Shown here one piece after another: positions 62,201 to 64,000 of a stretch of DNA of 64,000 bases. A model generated the notes under the pieces. It saw nothing but the letters and a program-made list of their open reading frames with translations. It was not told where the DNA came from and did not search any database. The stretch is taken from assembly GCA_964252035.1 (NCBI GenBank), contig OZ176210.1. One strand, written 5' to 3'. The translations under genes and the position numbers were made by a program. The first letter of the stretch is position 1. Each line of letters begins with the position of its first letter. This DNA comes from Podarcis erhardii. Taxonomy: Eukaryota.

Positions 62201-64000
62201 ATCTCAGGAACCTTAATATATCTAAAGAAGTATGTAAATGCATAGCAGACAAATAACTTTCTAAAATATATAGTATATATCTAGAAGACACATGAATTGT
62301 AGATTTTTCACAAATACTGAATAGCCACATACATGGAATTGAGGGTGCAAGTAGACTAATTTTTATAAAGAAAGACAGTGGAAATACACATAACACCTTC
62401 TCTGTTGGTAAAGGGAATCTGCAGATATTTCTATAATTAAAAAACCCCCTGCAATATCTGTTTAGCAAGGAATGTGTGTATATACCATGGGAAGCAAAGC
62501 CTCTCTCTGATCACTTTCACCTCTTAAAAACTATTGTCTGTGTATAAGTAGTGAGGGAGAGAGGAGGGAAAGCAGCAAGTTAATGCTGGATTTCACAAAA
62601 ATATCTTTGTAACAATTTCTTAGCTGTTCTTGGCCTAAACATATATCACAGGGGTTTGCTCTTTTGTGGTCACATTTTACAAATCGTTGATAGTAAAATT
62701 GTTACTGGGCTCAAAATCTGTCTTTCAGAATAAATCTGTGTTGGTTTTGGGAGGGTCTGACTGATTAAACTGAGAGCAAAACCAAGAACGGGGATTTTAG
62801 AAATTTGTTGTGAGAATCCCAGCATAAAGTCCTCATTTCTAGCTTAATTAGATTTATAGAGAACAGATTCAATTAAAATATAATTGCATGTGTTGTGTAT
62901 ACTTTGAGACTGTTTTCAGTAATTTTCTTTTCCTCTACACCAACTTTGTGAAACATGATAAAAATATCGCATGACTGAAACATTTCAATTTAGTACATCT
63001 AGTCAGGACGCTATGTATGCATGTGTGTAATTCTACATTTGTTCATGTTGAATAATATATGACTAAAATATATGGAATAGTAGTATGATTTAGAAGAGGC
63101 GCTTTTGACACTATAGATGCACAATTTGATTAATGTAATAGCATGGCAGTATATTTTCATTAGAATATTTCACAATGCACTTTGATGGAACATACATTCT
63201 ATCAGTAGAATTTCGCTTGTGTTATGTTTCTGTGCTTTCTACATCTTTTTTTTAAGCTGCAGGTAAATCTCTAGGTGCATATCTGAAACAATGTAAATAT
63301 TAAAAAAACTAAAAGAACCTGGTTCTTGGGCAATTGTACTATATTGCTGCATTCATCACTGATTTTATTGCCTCCAACATAAATTGTACAAGTTTCAATG
63401 CTATTCGTGTAGTTCAGATTTCCAACTGGGGCTAGCCATTTATATTTCCTGTTTTGCAAGAATCTCTAGACTGTTTTCCTCTATCTCTGACACTATAGAG
63501 CTACCTTATATTGAACTGTGATCACACGGCATCATGCATGTTGAATTTTCTACACAGAAGTAGCTTCCATGTAGGGAATTGCGTGAATCCCTTCATTGCA
63601 GTGGGGGCAGGGCATTTTTCATCAGAACAACTCTAGGAGGAAGAGTTTGAATCCCCACCTCTGCCCGTCAGACTCCCAAGCATGATTGGAGTCTCAGCCA
63701 ACTGTTCTTTGCACTTCTAAGATGATTTGTGCAACACAGACATTAAATATGTAGGCTCTAATATCTACTGCTCTAGCAAGTTCACCAGTCTGGGTTACCA
63801 TCCTGTAGGGATTACCTGAATGTGAGCTGCTGAAGGAACCTTCCTCCTGGCATTAGTTGAGAGGTTTTAATATTGTATGTTGCCTCAGTTGCCTTTGGAA
63901 AGAGAGGCGACCTATAAATAATAGTACAGGAAGCCACGCAGAAGCACAGAACCAAAAGGTGTTTTGACAGCTGTTCCAAGAAGTGTAGCTAAGCCTTTAC

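Noticed and set aside
40359-64000. Next MCTP1 exon (first transmembrane segment) or a nested gene
   Set aside because: No matching peptide with splice sites seen; the exon probably lies beyond the window. Apart from L2 ORF2, the ORFs here show no recognisable homology.

Overview
This is vertebrate genomic DNA from a squamate reptile, probably a lacertid lizard judging by the repeat families (inference from memory, no database search). The whole window lies inside MCTP1 (multiple C2 and transmembrane domain protein 1) on the + strand. Nine coding exons are visible (1023 nt, 341 codons) and splice in frame with consistent phases. They encode the C2A-C2B linker, C2B, most of C2C and the start of the membrane-proximal region. 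A tenth exon (end of C2C) is expected inside the N gap at 37934-38409. One intron (21376-34193) has a GC donor. The rest is AT-rich intron containing DNA-transposon MITEs (hAT with 8-bp TSDs, Tc1/mariner/pogo with TA TSDs), L2 and CR1 LINE fragments, SINEs and an inverted Penelope-like pair with hammerhead-ribozyme motifs. It also holds several near-perfect hairpins and some repeat-free blocks that may be enhancers. Most supplied ORFs are noise or gap artefacts; the real ones overlap MCTP1 exons or decayed L2 ORF2. No previously undescribed system is demonstrated. The best leads are the hammerhead pair, the hairpins with template-switch signatures, an L2 with an apparent 5' inversion, and probable orthology to the Mctp1-intronic long-range Nr2f1 enhancer region of mouse.
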